From Candidatus Zixiibacteriota bacterium (lineage in GTDB: Bacteria; Zixibacteria; MSB-5A5; GN15; JAAZOE01): 64,000 nucleotides of DNA. The DNA lies in NCBI GenBank assembly GCA_043819555.1, contig JBDREQ010000073.1, forward strand, positions 224,001-288,000. The letters run 5' to 3'. The translations under genes were made by a program, and so were the position numbers. A model generated the notes under the pieces. The model searched no databases. It was given only the letters and a program-made list of their open reading frames with translations, and was not told the DNA's origin. Positions within the stretch are counted from its first letter, which is position 1; each line of letters opens with the position of its first letter. This document shows positions 40,667-50,485 of the stretch, one piece after another.

Positions 40667-40791
40667 TTATCATCCCTGTTTTTGACAAATTCCATCCTTA
40701 CCAATCCGCACCGTGGACATATCCATTTGCGCTTTTTGTGAAAAGAGCGCTTTTGTTCTTTCATCTTAATTTTGCATTTTCTGCAATACAT
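40663..40791 (-). CDS. Small basic zinc-ribbon protein, 42 aa (below the ORF-track cutoff)
   Basis: MYCRKCKIKMKEQKRSFHKKRKWICPRCGLVRMEFVKNRDDK*: CxxC-X18-CPxCG; its stop overlaps the DUF72 start (ATGA). Confidence 0.75.
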   Translation of the reverse strand: MYCRKCKIKMKEQKRSFHKKRKWICPRCGLVRMEFVKNRDDK

Positions 40792-40840
40792 ATCAATAAT
40801 TACTGCAATTTAATGAAATAATTCAATCACAAGTTTGAAG

Positions 40841-40869
40841 TTGACTTTGGAATTCCGCCTGACTATCGT
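40841..40869 (+). promoter_or_regulatory. Sigma70-type promoter, probably giving a leaderless mRNA for the sugar ABC operon
   Basis: TTGACT-17 nt-TATCGT, 6 nt before ATG 40876; no SD. Confidence 0.55.
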
Positions 40870-40875
40870 TTTTAC

Positions 40876-42102
40876 ATGAAAAAAACACTTATCTTATTAT
40901 CAACAATTGCCTTTTTTATAATTTCCTGTAGCGAGCGCTCTTCAGAAAAGACAACTCTTACCTGGTGGCATTTCTGGACTGATACAAACATACGACCCGT
41001 AATCGAACAAATTGCCGCCGATTTTGAATCGACTCACTCGGATGTGAAAGTTGAATTGGTTGATTTAACCTGGGCTGACGGGCACGATAAAATCGCCATT
41101 GCCTTCTCTTCAGGTACCGGCCCGGATATTGTCGAACTTGGTTCGGATTGGATACCGGAATTCTCTTCGACAGGCCATCTGTACAATATTACTCAATTGA
41201 CTGACAGTATAAGAAACAAATATTTAATGTGGGAACCGGGGAAATACGACCAAAAGTATTATGCCTTCCCCTGGATATTGGGTACACGGGTGTTATTTGC
41301 CAATCTTGATTTATTAGAAAAAACCGGATACACTCGCGATTATTTCCCTTCAAATTGGAATGAATTACTTGCCGCCTCTGAAAAAATAAACGGCATCTCT
41401 GAAGATATATATGGATTTGGTTCTAATTCCGCCGAGCGGCACCGTCTTTATAAAAAATTCCTGCCCTTCATGTGGTCAAACGGCGGCCGTATACTTTCAA
41501 AAAATCTTGATAGTTGTCTATTTGATTCGGATGAGACTTTAGATGCCTTGAATTTTTATAAAAGACTCTGTCAAACAGGCTTGACCGATACGCAAAGACG
41601 CCTTGAAGATGCCTTTTTGGAAGGCAAAATCGGATTTATCTTATCCGGTGATTGGCTTCTCAAAAGAATCTCCAGAGAAAAACTAAACTTCGCTTTTTCA
41701 ACTAATCTAATTCCGGGACCGGACGGAATGGACAAATCGATTTCATTTGTTGGGGGCGAATACTTGTGTATTAATTCAAAATCATCTCAACCGGAATTGG
41801 CTTTTGAGTTTATTAAATTTGTTTGTTCACCGGAAAATCAAATTAAGTTCTGCATGCAAAATAATACTCCGACTCCTTCTTCCATAGATGCCGCTCAGGA
41901 TTCCGTGCTACTCTCACAGCCGCATTTTGAAACATTTATAACCCAGATTAAAAACAGCCGTCTGCCTCCCCCTCATCCCCAGTGGGTTTATATTGAAGCT
42001 GAAATTGAAAAGGCGATCGAAGCTGTTTTGTATGACTCCAAAACAACAGAAGATGCAGTGAATGATGCTGCATGCAAAATTAGGGAACTAATAGCCGAGT
42101 GA
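40876..42102 (+). CDS. Carbohydrate ABC transporter substrate-binding lipoprotein (CUT1)
   Basis: Lipobox IISC; GTGPDI, YAFPW, FVGGE; followed by two MalF/MalG-type permeases. Confidence 0.9.
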   Translation: MKKTLILLSTIAFFIISCSERSSEKTTLTWWHFWTDTNIRPVIEQIAADFESTHSDVKVELVDLTWADGHDKIAIAFSSGTGPDIVELGSDWIPEFSSTGHLYNITQLTDSIRNKYLMWEPGKYDQKYYAFPWILGTRVLFANLDLLEKTGYTRDYFPSNWNELLAASEKINGISEDIYGFGSNSAERHRLYKKFLPFMWSNGGRILSKNLDSCLFDSDETLDALNFYKRLCQTGLTDTQRRLEDAFLEGKIGFILSGDWLLKRISREKLNFAFSTNLIPGPDGMDKSISFVGGEYLCINSKSSQPELAFEFIKFVCSPENQIKFCMQNNTPTPSSIDAAQDSVLLSQPHFETFITQIKNSRLPPPHPQWVYIEAEIEKAIEAVLYDSKTTEDAVNDAACKIRELIAE

Positions 42103-42971
42103 AATCAAATCGTAATATAAACGGTTGGTTATTGTTCTCACCCTGGATTTTGACCTTTTTTATTTTCTGGCTGTTTCCTTTAATCTATTCACTTGTTTTA
42201 AGCCTGACCGATTATCGCCTGCTCGATCCATCGATTAACTGGATTGGGTTTTCTAATTATCAAAAACTCTTCAACGATCCGGATTTCATTCTATCGCTAA
42301 AAAATAGCTTTGTCTTTGTAATAGGAACCATCCCCTTCACGACAATAATTTCTCTGGGACTGGCACTCCTTTTGAATACCCAATTTCGCGGACGTACTTT
42401 TTTCAGAGCCTCCTATTTTATGCCATCGATTACATCGATGGTTGTAATAGCTCTTATTTTTTCGAATCTCTATGCCCGTGGAGGATATATCCATCTTCTT
42501 GCTCAACTTATAGGTTTTGATCCGCCTGTTAACGGATTTCTGCTATCACAAAATACCGCGCTGGCATCAATTATGGCTATGGACATATGGATGGCTTCCG
42601 GTTATTATATGCTTCTGTTCCTGGGAGGATTGCAGACCATCCCCAACGAATTATATGAAGCAGCCCGCATGTCAGGGGCGTCGCGCTGGCAGCAATTCCG
42701 GTATATTACTCTTCCTATGCTAAAACCGGTCACACTCTTTATAATCGTCATCAACAGTATCAAATCATTTCAAGTCTTTGTCGAAATTTTTGTTATGACC
42801 AAAGGCGGCCCGCTCAATTCAACTTTTACCGGCGTCTATTTCGTTTATGAAACCGGACTGCGCCAATTCAATTTTGGTTATGCCTCAGCCGCCGCTTATG
42901 TTCTTTTCGCGATTATTGGGATAGTTTCAATTATTCAATTCAAAACTCTGCAAACGAAATGGCAGGCTTGA
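42099..42971 (+). CDS. Carbohydrate ABC transporter permease (MalF-like)
   Basis: Six TMs; EAA loop ELYEAARMSGAS; MTKGGP. Confidence 0.93.
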   Translation: MKSNRNINGWLLFSPWILTFFIFWLFPLIYSLVLSLTDYRLLDPSINWIGFSNYQKLFNDPDFILSLKNSFVFVIGTIPFTTIISLGLALLLNTQFRGRTFFRASYFMPSITSMVVIALIFSNLYARGGYIHLLAQLIGFDPPVNGFLLSQNTALASIMAMDIWMASGYYMLLFLGGLQTIPNELYEAARMSGASRWQQFRYITLPMLKPVTLFIIVINSIKSFQVFVEIFVMTKGGPLNSTFTGVYFVYETGLRQFNFGYASAAAYVLFAIIGIVSIIQFKTLQTKWQA

Positions 42972-42972
42972 T

Positions 42973-43752
42973 ATGTTGGGGAAATTTATAAAATACGCAT
43001 TTCTCCTGCTGATATTTTCTATCATGATCTTTCCCCTGATTCGCATGGTCGCGATGAGCTTTTCAACTCCGTCCGGCAATCTGAGTTTTGCAAATTTCCA
43101 ATATATCTTTGCCTCGAATAATTTTGGACTTTATTTGTTCAATTCTCTTTTCGTGGCCATAGTCGTTACAGCGGGCAATATCGTATTTTGTTTCATGTGC
43201 GGTTATGTTCTCGCTCGCAAGAAAATCCTCGGTTCCAAATTCTGGCTCTATACAGTCATTATAGTCCTTATGATCCCGGTCCATATTGTGATTATCCCCG
43301 TTTATATGTTGATGAATAAACTTGGATTATACGACAGCTATTGGGCCTTGATTCTGCCCTGGCTTGTAAATCCGATTGGAATATTCTTGGTCAAACAATA
43401 TATATCGACTCTTCCAGTATCATTAGAAGAAGCAGCTCGAATTGATGGAGCAGGCGAATTCCGGATAATTTTCAAAATTGTAATGCCACTTTGCCGTCCT
43501 GCGCTGGCCATTCTCGCCATTCAGGTATTTATGACCAACTGGAATAGTTTTCTTTTCCCTTTCATCCTCATTTCATCAGAACAATATCGCACTCTCCCCG
43601 TTGCCTTAGCCCTTCTTCTTGGTTATCAATCGATTGACTGGTATCAATTAATGGCCGGGTCGGTCATTGCGGTCGTTCCCATAATGGCCGTATTTTTTGT
43701 CTTTCAAAGACAGATTATCTCCGGCATTACCGAAGGCGCTTTCAAACAATAA
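42973..43752 (+). CDS. Carbohydrate ABC transporter permease (MalG-like)
   Basis: EEAARIDGA, WNSFLFP, FQRQII.G. Confidence 0.93.
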   Translation: MLGKFIKYAFLLLIFSIMIFPLIRMVAMSFSTPSGNLSFANFQYIFASNNFGLYLFNSLFVAIVVTAGNIVFCFMCGYVLARKKILGSKFWLYTVIIVLMIPVHIVIIPVYMLMNKLGLYDSYWALILPWLVNPIGIFLVKQYISTLPVSLEEAARIDGAGEFRIIFKIVMPLCRPALAILAIQVFMTNWNSFLFPFILISSEQYRTLPVALALLLGYQSIDWYQLMAGSVIAVVPIMAVFFVFQRQIISGITEGAFKQ

Positions 43753-43841
43753 TATTTCTTGAAAAATTGGTTGACATTGAATCGCCAATAATATTTTTTT
43801 CAACCCGAAGGAACAAATGTATCTTTACCAGGAGGGACCTA

Positions 43842-44447
43842 ATGAAGTCGAAAGGTTTACTTTTAATTATTCCTGCTATGGGAATAGTTGCGTTAATGCT
43901 TTTATCCGGATGCGGCGCTTCAAAAACCTATGTTGACGAGGCGGTAGCAATGGAAAAAGACAGGAGCGAGGCCTCCGTTAAGAGTGCGGAAGCCAAAATT
44001 ACCGAGAATAAAGCCACTCTGGAACAATTGCAATCTCTTACCAGACAATTGGAATCAAAAACCGATATGGCGATAAACGAAGCCAAAGGGTTTGAAAGTT
44101 ACAAAGTTGTTTGGGAAGGCGAAATATTCTTCGATTTTAATTCTGCGGAATTAACTGTTGCCGCTCAGGAGATAATCGATCAGGCGGGCGATAAAATGAC
44201 TGGAGATAGAAAATCAGTTATGGAAATCGCCGGCTATACTGATCCCACCGGAAGCGCCGCGTATAACACCGAATTGGGCTCCAAGAGATCCGCTGCGGCC
44301 AAGTACTATCTGGTTGACAATTATGGCGTAAATCTCTATCGTATATTCACCGTCAGCCACGGCGAAAACAAAGCGGTTCAAAGCGGTGACGGGGGCGTCT
44401 CGTATGCCAAACAGCGCAAAGTGAAATTGACTCTCTGGGCTAAATAA
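43842..44447 (+). CDS. OmpA/Pal-family peptidoglycan-binding lipoprotein with coiled-coil linker
   Basis: SD GGAGGG before ATG 43842; lipobox LSGC; FFDFNS, GYTD..G...YN..LG.KR, RKV. Confidence 0.88.
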   Translation: MKSKGLLLIIPAMGIVALMLLSGCGASKTYVDEAVAMEKDRSEASVKSAEAKITENKATLEQLQSLTRQLESKTDMAINEAKGFESYKVVWEGEIFFDFNSAELTVAAQEIIDQAGDKMTGDRKSVMEIAGYTDPTGSAAYNTELGSKRSAAAKYYLVDNYGVNLYRIFTVSHGENKAVQSGDGGVSYAKQRKVKLTLWAK

Positions 44448-44458
44448 ATTCGCACGCA

Positions 44459-44485
44459 AAAAAGGCCGGTTACCCCGGCCTTTTT
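44459..44485. terminator. Bidirectional rho-independent terminator
   Basis: AAAAAGGCCGG-TTACC-CCGGCCTTTTT between convergent OmpA-family and MscS genes. Confidence 0.88.
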
Positions 44486-44486
44486 C

Positions 44487-45590
44487 TTATTCAATTCCAG
44501 GATTAGGCTTATATTTTTTACCTCTATTCGGATCGACCAAATAAACGACCCGCTGAGGAAATGGTATCTCGATGTTTTCCTTTGCGAATATTTTATATAC
44601 TAATTCTCGCACCGCATGACCGGTTCGCCTCTGAATTGAATAATCATCGACATAAACATTTAGCCTGAAATCAAGCGAGGATTCACCAAAATTAATGAAT
44701 TGCACAAATGGCGGCGGATCTTTTATAACGTCCGGATGGCTGTGGGCCGCCTCGAAAAGCAATTCCCGAACCCGATCAATATCCGATCCATATGCTACTC
44801 CCACGTCAATTCGAACCCGAATTTGAGGCGCCGGATATGATAGATTATCAATTGTCATCTTTGATATTTCCGCATTGGGAATTATAACCAAAGTATTATC
44901 ACGAGTTAAAAATTTCGTTGAACGCAGTCCGATTTCATAGACATCAAGAATGCGATTTTCAGTTAACGTTACCCGGTCCCCTACTCGAAACGGCCGGTCA
45001 AGCATCAAAACAAACCCCGCGATCATATTGGCCAGTGTATCCTGAGCGGCCAATGCAAATGCCAGAGATGACACTCCCAGAACTGCCACCAGACCTTTAA
45101 CATCAATATTGAAGTGGGATAATACCGCCATAAGGACCAATACAAATATAATGACTTTCAGGCTTCGTGAAAATATCGGAATGAATTCATCATCAAATTT
45201 GGTTTCGGTTTTGGCTGCTATATTCCTGGCATACCAGGTCGTGAGCGATTCGGCGATTCTGATTATTAACCAACCGCCCAGAACCATCGCGAAGGTGAAT
45301 GCAACGCCAAGCAATAATTCATAAGTCCCCTCGGATATGAAGGAAAAAGACTTATGCAGATATTTAATCTCATAATAAAGCCCGCCAACTATTATTAGAC
45401 TAAAAACCGGTTTGGATACTGCCTCAATAATCAAATCATCAAGATTACTGGCGGTTTTGCGAGCCATTCTATGGGCAACAAAACTTAGAATCATACGGAC
45501 AAAATATGCAACAATAATCGTCCCGACCAAAATGCCAACAGACATTATTAGTTTTTCCGCCCAAAATGGAATTCCATATTGTTCGAGCAT
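44487..45590 (-). CDS. Small-conductance mechanosensitive channel (MscS family)
   Basis: AAQDTLANMIAG, DRPFRVGD, IGLRST, IPN, VGVAYGSD, IEIPFPQR. Confidence 0.93.
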   Translation of the reverse strand: MLEQYGIPFWAEKLIMSVGILVGTIIVAYFVRMILSFVAHRMARKTASNLDDLIIEAVSKPVFSLIIVGGLYYEIKYLHKSFSFISEGTYELLLGVAFTFAMVLGGWLIIRIAESLTTWYARNIAAKTETKFDDEFIPIFSRSLKVIIFVLVLMAVLSHFNIDVKGLVAVLGVSSLAFALAAQDTLANMIAGFVLMLDRPFRVGDRVTLTENRILDVYEIGLRSTKFLTRDNTLVIIPNAEISKMTIDNLSYPAPQIRVRIDVGVAYGSDIDRVRELLFEAAHSHPDVIKDPPPFVQFINFGESSLDFRLNVYVDDYSIQRRTGHAVRELVYKIFAKENIEIPFPQRVVYLVDPNRGKKYKPNPGIE

Positions 45591-45598
45591 AATTCCTC

Positions 45599-47287
45599 CT
45601 AAAATTCTATTACGACCCCGGAAGAATTAAATCTTGAACGCACTCTAATTGTATCGGGGTGAATTGTAAACGGCTCTGAAAGAATATAAGGGAGTATCGA
45701 GCCCATCTCGAATGAATTATTCGAATTCAGATCAACGAATCCGGAAATCGTGTAATATCCCGGTAATAACTCCTTTGAGTAATCCACTTGCCCTCGCCTA
45801 AAAGATAAACTATCCACAATCCCGGTCTTTGTATTATTTAAAGTCAAGATTCCGGGATATCCGGCCAAAACGCTGTCAGAATATTGAATTACTCCGGAGA
45901 TTTGTCCCAGAGTATCTTTTCCGATAGTCTGAAATCGTAAATCAATCACCGTATCAGATAATAAATTCCCGCTCCAATCTCTTATATTTTCGCCAACCAA
46001 TCGAATTGTATAATCTTTTAGAAAATCCAAATTGAGATTGGATGAATTTTGATACACAAATGAAGTCACAGGGGCTAAATCAACTACTTGAGAATCGGTT
46101 TCGGATGCAATCAGCCATAAGGCGGGTTTTGCAGTATCTATTGTTATTGGTTCGGAAAACATAAAAATGAAATTATCCCCCGGAAAGACATTTTGCGCTC
46201 CGTCAAAAGGCGCTGATCTCAATATTGTTGGAGAGGCGATATCTTCCCTTTCAACAGACTCAAAATCAAAATTGACATATCTTAATGTATCATGAACCTC
46301 AGCGTCCAATAGCCTTCTGTCAAGTCTCATAATATACTCTTCTCCATCCTCCATCGCCTCAGGAAGCAATATAAAATCGGGGCAGGGAAAGGGCACAAGA
46401 TTGATATACGCTTTAACTTCGACAGTATCAGCCCCTGACGATATATTAAGATTGGAAAGCAACGCCTCACTTTCCTTCTCCATTAAAGGCCGTGAAAATC
46501 GAAGCTTTAATAAATTATCCTGATTCAAAGTTGCTGAGCGGAGTGCAAAGTACTTATCTCGAGCCACATGAATTTGAATATCAATCCCGTTCAAATCGTT
46601 ATTGCTCTCATCGAGAACAATCCGCTTATATGGTATCCCATAACATTCCTGGTCAGGATTTATACGTCGATTTTTATTTCGGTCATCAAAAGCAACTATT
46701 TGATAATTTTGCGGAGGAATAAAATTAAACGAATATTCACCGTTCTTGCCGCTTTGTGTAATATAATCCGGGATCAGCGAATCAACCGAGTAAGATTTAT
46801 CTTCAGGGATTTTTCGAAACATGCCAACATTTATTCCCGAAAGTGGTTTTCCATCTTTGTAAACGATACCCGAAATGGATCCCGTATCAATTGCAACGCC
46901 GGTGGAAAACGCCAGCCCAATCGATTGTGCCAAATTTACGTTGTGGGCGTCTTTAATATCCGTTCCCAGAGTAATCAAATAGGTAGTATTCAATTTCAAA
47001 GAATCTTTAGGAATAATTGTAATCTTCTGGCCGCTTATTTGAATTTCTGGCTCAGGCGTCATTTGAGGCGTTATAAAAACCGATTTCAAAACCGTCCGGG
47101 AATTTATTTTTTCAGAAAATTCAATTATTATGCGTGAATCAAGAGGGACGTTTATATCGCGCGATTTTGGCGCAGAAGATACGACTTCAGGCGGAGTGCG
47201 ATCGATGGGTCCACCCGGAGGACCGACTGATTTGGCGCACCCCATAAAAAACAGTAAGGAGATCAGTATTGTAAATATATTTTTCAA
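45599..47287 (-). CDS. Lipoprotein with bacterial Ig-like (Big_5-type) domains
   Basis: Lipobox FMGC then A....PPGGP.D.TPP; two I.FSE.I Ig-like units; FD.N.N motifs; SD AGGAGG before TTG. Confidence 0.8.
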   Translation of the reverse strand: MKNIFTILISLLFFMGCAKSVGPPGGPIDRTPPEVVSSAPKSRDINVPLDSRIIIEFSEKINSRTVLKSVFITPQMTPEPEIQISGQKITIIPKDSLKLNTTYLITLGTDIKDAHNVNLAQSIGLAFSTGVAIDTGSISGIVYKDGKPLSGINVGMFRKIPEDKSYSVDSLIPDYITQSGKNGEYSFNFIPPQNYQIVAFDDRNKNRRINPDQECYGIPYKRIVLDESNNDLNGIDIQIHVARDKYFALRSATLNQDNLLKLRFSRPLMEKESEALLSNLNISSGADTVEVKAYINLVPFPCPDFILLPEAMEDGEEYIMRLDRRLLDAEVHDTLRYVNFDFESVEREDIASPTILRSAPFDGAQNVFPGDNFIFMFSEPITIDTAKPALWLIASETDSQVVDLAPVTSFVYQNSSNLNLDFLKDYTIRLVGENIRDWSGNLLSDTVIDLRFQTIGKDTLGQISGVIQYSDSVLAGYPGILTLNNTKTGIVDSLSFRRGQVDYSKELLPGYYTISGFVDLNSNNSFEMGSILPYILSEPFTIHPDTIRVRSRFNSSGVVIEF

Positions 47288-47306
47288 TGGCCTCCTGCCA
47301 TCTTGA

Positions 47307-48920
47307 CTACTTCATTTTCTCCTCAATATCAATTCTGCCTGAGTCTAATTCAAGAGCCTTTTTATAAAACCTTTCGGCTTCACCCATATTCCCCAACGCC
47401 TTATAAATATCTCCCATATGCTCGAATATAATGGGATCTTTAATATTCTGGTTTATGGCCTTTTCCAACTCTGACAAAGCCAATTGAAAATTACCCAACC
47501 GATACTGAACCCAGGCATAACTATCTATATAAGCCCCATTATCTGGCGAAATCGCCAGAGCTTTTTCAATTAACTCAAGTGCATACTCCAGCCTAATCCC
47601 GGCATCAGCCAGCATATATCCAAGATAATTCAGAGTTGGAGCATGGTCAGGAGCAGTTACAAGTATTTTTTCAAAAACATCCACCGCTTCATGAAGTTGA
47701 TCCGTTTGCTCATAGGCCGAACCCAATGCGAAATATATCCGGTTACTATCGATTGAGTTCGACATATAATTAATCGATTGCTTATAAATGCTGATACTTT
47801 TATCAAGACTATCTCTTTGCCGGTAAGAATATGCAAGATTCAGCCAGCTATCCACATACGAGCTGTCAAGCATTATAGATTGATGAAAATACGCTTCAGC
47901 CTTATTGTAATGTTCCCGCTCCATTGCTATAAGTCCAAGATAAAAATAATTGACCAGATTTTCATCACCAAAATCAATTCGTTCTTGGAATAATGAATCT
48001 GCGCTTTCCAACTGTCCCAGGGTGTATAATAATCGTCCATGCCGACGGACAGCATCCCAATCTGACGGTACCAGGGCAATTAGATTTTTTGAATCTTCCA
48101 AAGCCTTTTCATAATCATTTTGATTAATATGCATCGCCATTATTTGGCGAAAAATACGAACATTGCTGGGGTCAATCGCAATGGCTTGATTCAATATCTC
48201 TTCTGCCTGTGCAGTCGAATCCAAAACCTCATAGGTCGTTGCCAATCCCAAATATGCATTTACATTGCCAACCTCGCCATTTAATTCAACCGATTTTTTG
48301 AAGGCTGCCAGGGCTTCTTCGTACTGCCTTTCCTGCCCCAGCAAAATCCCCAGCTCGTGCCAGATTCTATAAGTATCTGACAACCGCGCCAATTCATAAT
48401 ATGATGCAATTGCCGAATCGAAAATATTATTGTGGCGATAATACCCCGCCAGATACCAGTGAGCATTTATGTTATCATTGTCGAGTTCAGTCGCCTTTCG
48501 GTAATAAGAAACGCCTTGCTTATACCGATCCGTCATTCGATAACAATCGCCTATTAGTAAATATATTTCTGAATCCTTTGGCTCAATCAGCTTCGCTTCG
48601 TTTAAGGCTTCATTTAATCGATGCATTCTGAATAATAGACGAGCGTAATCTGTCCGAATGGTTTGCGATTCAGGCAAATATACCAGGGCTCGCTCATATT
48701 CAAGCAAAGCCTCCTGCTGGGCGCCAAGCATTTCCATTAAATTGGCGTTTGTAAAATGATTATATCCGGCAAGCTGATCTCGCTCAGACACTTCCTGTCG
48801 CTGTTCTTCAATAATCGGAAGAACCTTTGTCTTGCCACCGGCGCAGCCCGATACCCACACTGAGAACATAGACAAGCCCAGAATAATAATTAATCGATAT
48901 AGCCCGGATTTATTTTTCAT
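47307..48920 (-). CDS. Tetratricopeptide-repeat lipoprotein
   Basis: Lipobox VSGC; many TPRs; LNYLGYMLAD...YIDSYAW...EHMGD C-terminus. Confidence 0.88.
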   Translation of the reverse strand: MKNKSGLYRLIIILGLSMFSVWVSGCAGGKTKVLPIIEEQRQEVSERDQLAGYNHFTNANLMEMLGAQQEALLEYERALVYLPESQTIRTDYARLLFRMHRLNEALNEAKLIEPKDSEIYLLIGDCYRMTDRYKQGVSYYRKATELDNDNINAHWYLAGYYRHNNIFDSAIASYYELARLSDTYRIWHELGILLGQERQYEEALAAFKKSVELNGEVGNVNAYLGLATTYEVLDSTAQAEEILNQAIAIDPSNVRIFRQIMAMHINQNDYEKALEDSKNLIALVPSDWDAVRRHGRLLYTLGQLESADSLFQERIDFGDENLVNYFYLGLIAMEREHYNKAEAYFHQSIMLDSSYVDSWLNLAYSYRQRDSLDKSISIYKQSINYMSNSIDSNRIYFALGSAYEQTDQLHEAVDVFEKILVTAPDHAPTLNYLGYMLADAGIRLEYALELIEKALAISPDNGAYIDSYAWVQYRLGNFQLALSELEKAINQNIKDPIIFEHMGDIYKALGNMGEAERFYKKALELDSGRIDIEEKMK

Positions 48921-48957
48921 ATATTATATAACGCTAAAAGGCTTGATTATTTCCAAA

Positions 48958-50175
48958 TTATTTTACAATTTTGAAAAATCTTCTTTTCCCAACCTTAAAA
49001 AGCATCCCTTCTGTTAGGTCCAGCTCAAGACTTTCATCACTAATTCTCTCATTATTTAAATAGAGGCCGCCGCCATTTATTAAACGCCTCGCCTCCCCCC
49101 TGGAATTTACCATTTTTGTCTCAGTCAATAGCTTTACAACCCAGATTTTTTCCCCAAAATTGGAAATTTTGAATTCGGGCATATCGTCGGGAAGGCCTTT
49201 GTCAGAAAAAATTCTTTCAAATTCCTCGCAGGCTTCTAATCCTTTTTCTCGACTATGGTACATTGATACGACTTCGATCCCCAGTTCCTTTTTTATCTCC
49301 ATCGGATTCTGGTCATCCATTGAGAGTTTTTTCTTCAGATCAGCAAGAAATAGTTCATCAACGTCGGTAATCAGCTCATAATAACTGTAAATTAAACTAT
49401 CGGGAATTGACATAATTTTGCCAAATATTTCTTTCGTAGATTCATCGACGCCGATATAATTGCCCAGTGATTTACTCATCCGATTCGTCCCGTCAATTCC
49501 GACCAGAATTGGCAGCGTCAGGATACATTGCGGTACCTGGCCATAAGCCTCCTGGATATGGCGTCCGGCAACCAGATTAAATTTCTGCTCGGTCGCCCCG
49601 ATTTCAATATCGGCCTTTATCATGACCGAATCATAAGCCTGCATCAGAGGATAGAAAAATTCATGAACCGCGATAGGCAACCCGTCCTTATAACGCTTAT
49701 CGAAATCATCGCGCTCCATCATCCGGGCAATAGTGAACTTGGACGATAAATGCATAACCTGCCTTAAATCCATCTTTTCAAACCACTCACCATTAAAATG
49801 AACTTCGGTTTTGGAACGATCGACAATCTTAAAAAACTGCTTCTGATAAGTCTCGGCGTTTTTCATTAGGTCATCATAGGAAAGTTGCGGCCGGGTAGCT
49901 GAGCGCCCAGAAGGATCCCCCACTAATCCGGTAAAATCGCCTATTATCAGAACTACTTGATGACCCAAATCCTGAAACTGCCTGAGTTTTCTCAATCCGA
50001 CAGTATGACCCAGATGAATATCAGGAGCGGTTGGATCAAAACCCTGTTTGACCCTGAGCGGCTTATTTTCTTTAATCGATTTTTTTAACTTCTCAATAAA
50101 TTCATCTTCGGGCAATAGCTCAACTATGCCCTTTTTGATAATGCCCAATTGTCGCTGTATTTCATTGTCACTCAT
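48958..50175 (-). CDS. tyrS: Tyrosine--tRNA ligase
   Basis: GFDPTAPDIHLGH, GDPSGRS.TR, YPLMQAYD, RMSKSLGN, S4-like C-terminus VGKRRF. Confidence 0.98.
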   Translation of the reverse strand: MSDNEIQRQLGIIKKGIVELLPEDEFIEKLKKSIKENKPLRVKQGFDPTAPDIHLGHTVGLRKLRQFQDLGHQVVLIIGDFTGLVGDPSGRSATRPQLSYDDLMKNAETYQKQFFKIVDRSKTEVHFNGEWFEKMDLRQVMHLSSKFTIARMMERDDFDKRYKDGLPIAVHEFFYPLMQAYDSVMIKADIEIGATEQKFNLVAGRHIQEAYGQVPQCILTLPILVGIDGTNRMSKSLGNYIGVDESTKEIFGKIMSIPDSLIYSYYELITDVDELFLADLKKKLSMDDQNPMEIKKELGIEVVSMYHSREKGLEACEEFERIFSDKGLPDDMPEFKISNFGEKIWVVKLLTETKMVNSRGEARRLINGGGLYLNNERISDESLELDLTEGMLFKVGKRRFFKIVK

Positions 50176-50357
50176 AATATTATAGTCGGCAAATCCCTTC
50201 TGTTTTTCAACGATTTATCGCTCATCCTATAATAACAGATGAATAATATAGTCGTTTGCAATCCAATTTGGAACATATTTCTCACACTAAGAATTAAAAA
50301 TATGGAGATGCCTTTATTTGAGCCAAATTGCGAAAGGACCCTAATTAGAAATATCAT
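50172..50357 (-). CDS. Possible 61-aa small protein/leader ORF upstream of tyrS
   Basis: AGGAGG-CCA-ATG start; stop overlaps the tyrS ATG (ATGA); no recognisable family. Confidence 0.3.
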   Translation of the reverse strand: MIFLIRVLSQFGSNKGISIFLILSVRNMFQIGLQTTILFICYYRMSDKSLKNRRDLPTIIL

Positions 50358-50451
50358 TGGCCTCCTTCTCAGATTCCGATACTGAATGCAAAATAATGTT
50401 AAATAATCTTTATTCTCAGAAAATTGTATAATGCACAAATGACGTTTTTTA

Positions 50452-50480
50452 TTGATAATTAGTCTCAACAGAATTAGCTT
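50452..50480 (+). promoter_or_regulatory. Sigma70-type promoter for PBP1A (possibly leaderless)
   Basis: TTGATA-17 nt-TAGCTT, 5 nt before ATG 50486; no SD. Confidence 0.5.
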
Positions 50481-50485
50481 TTCAC

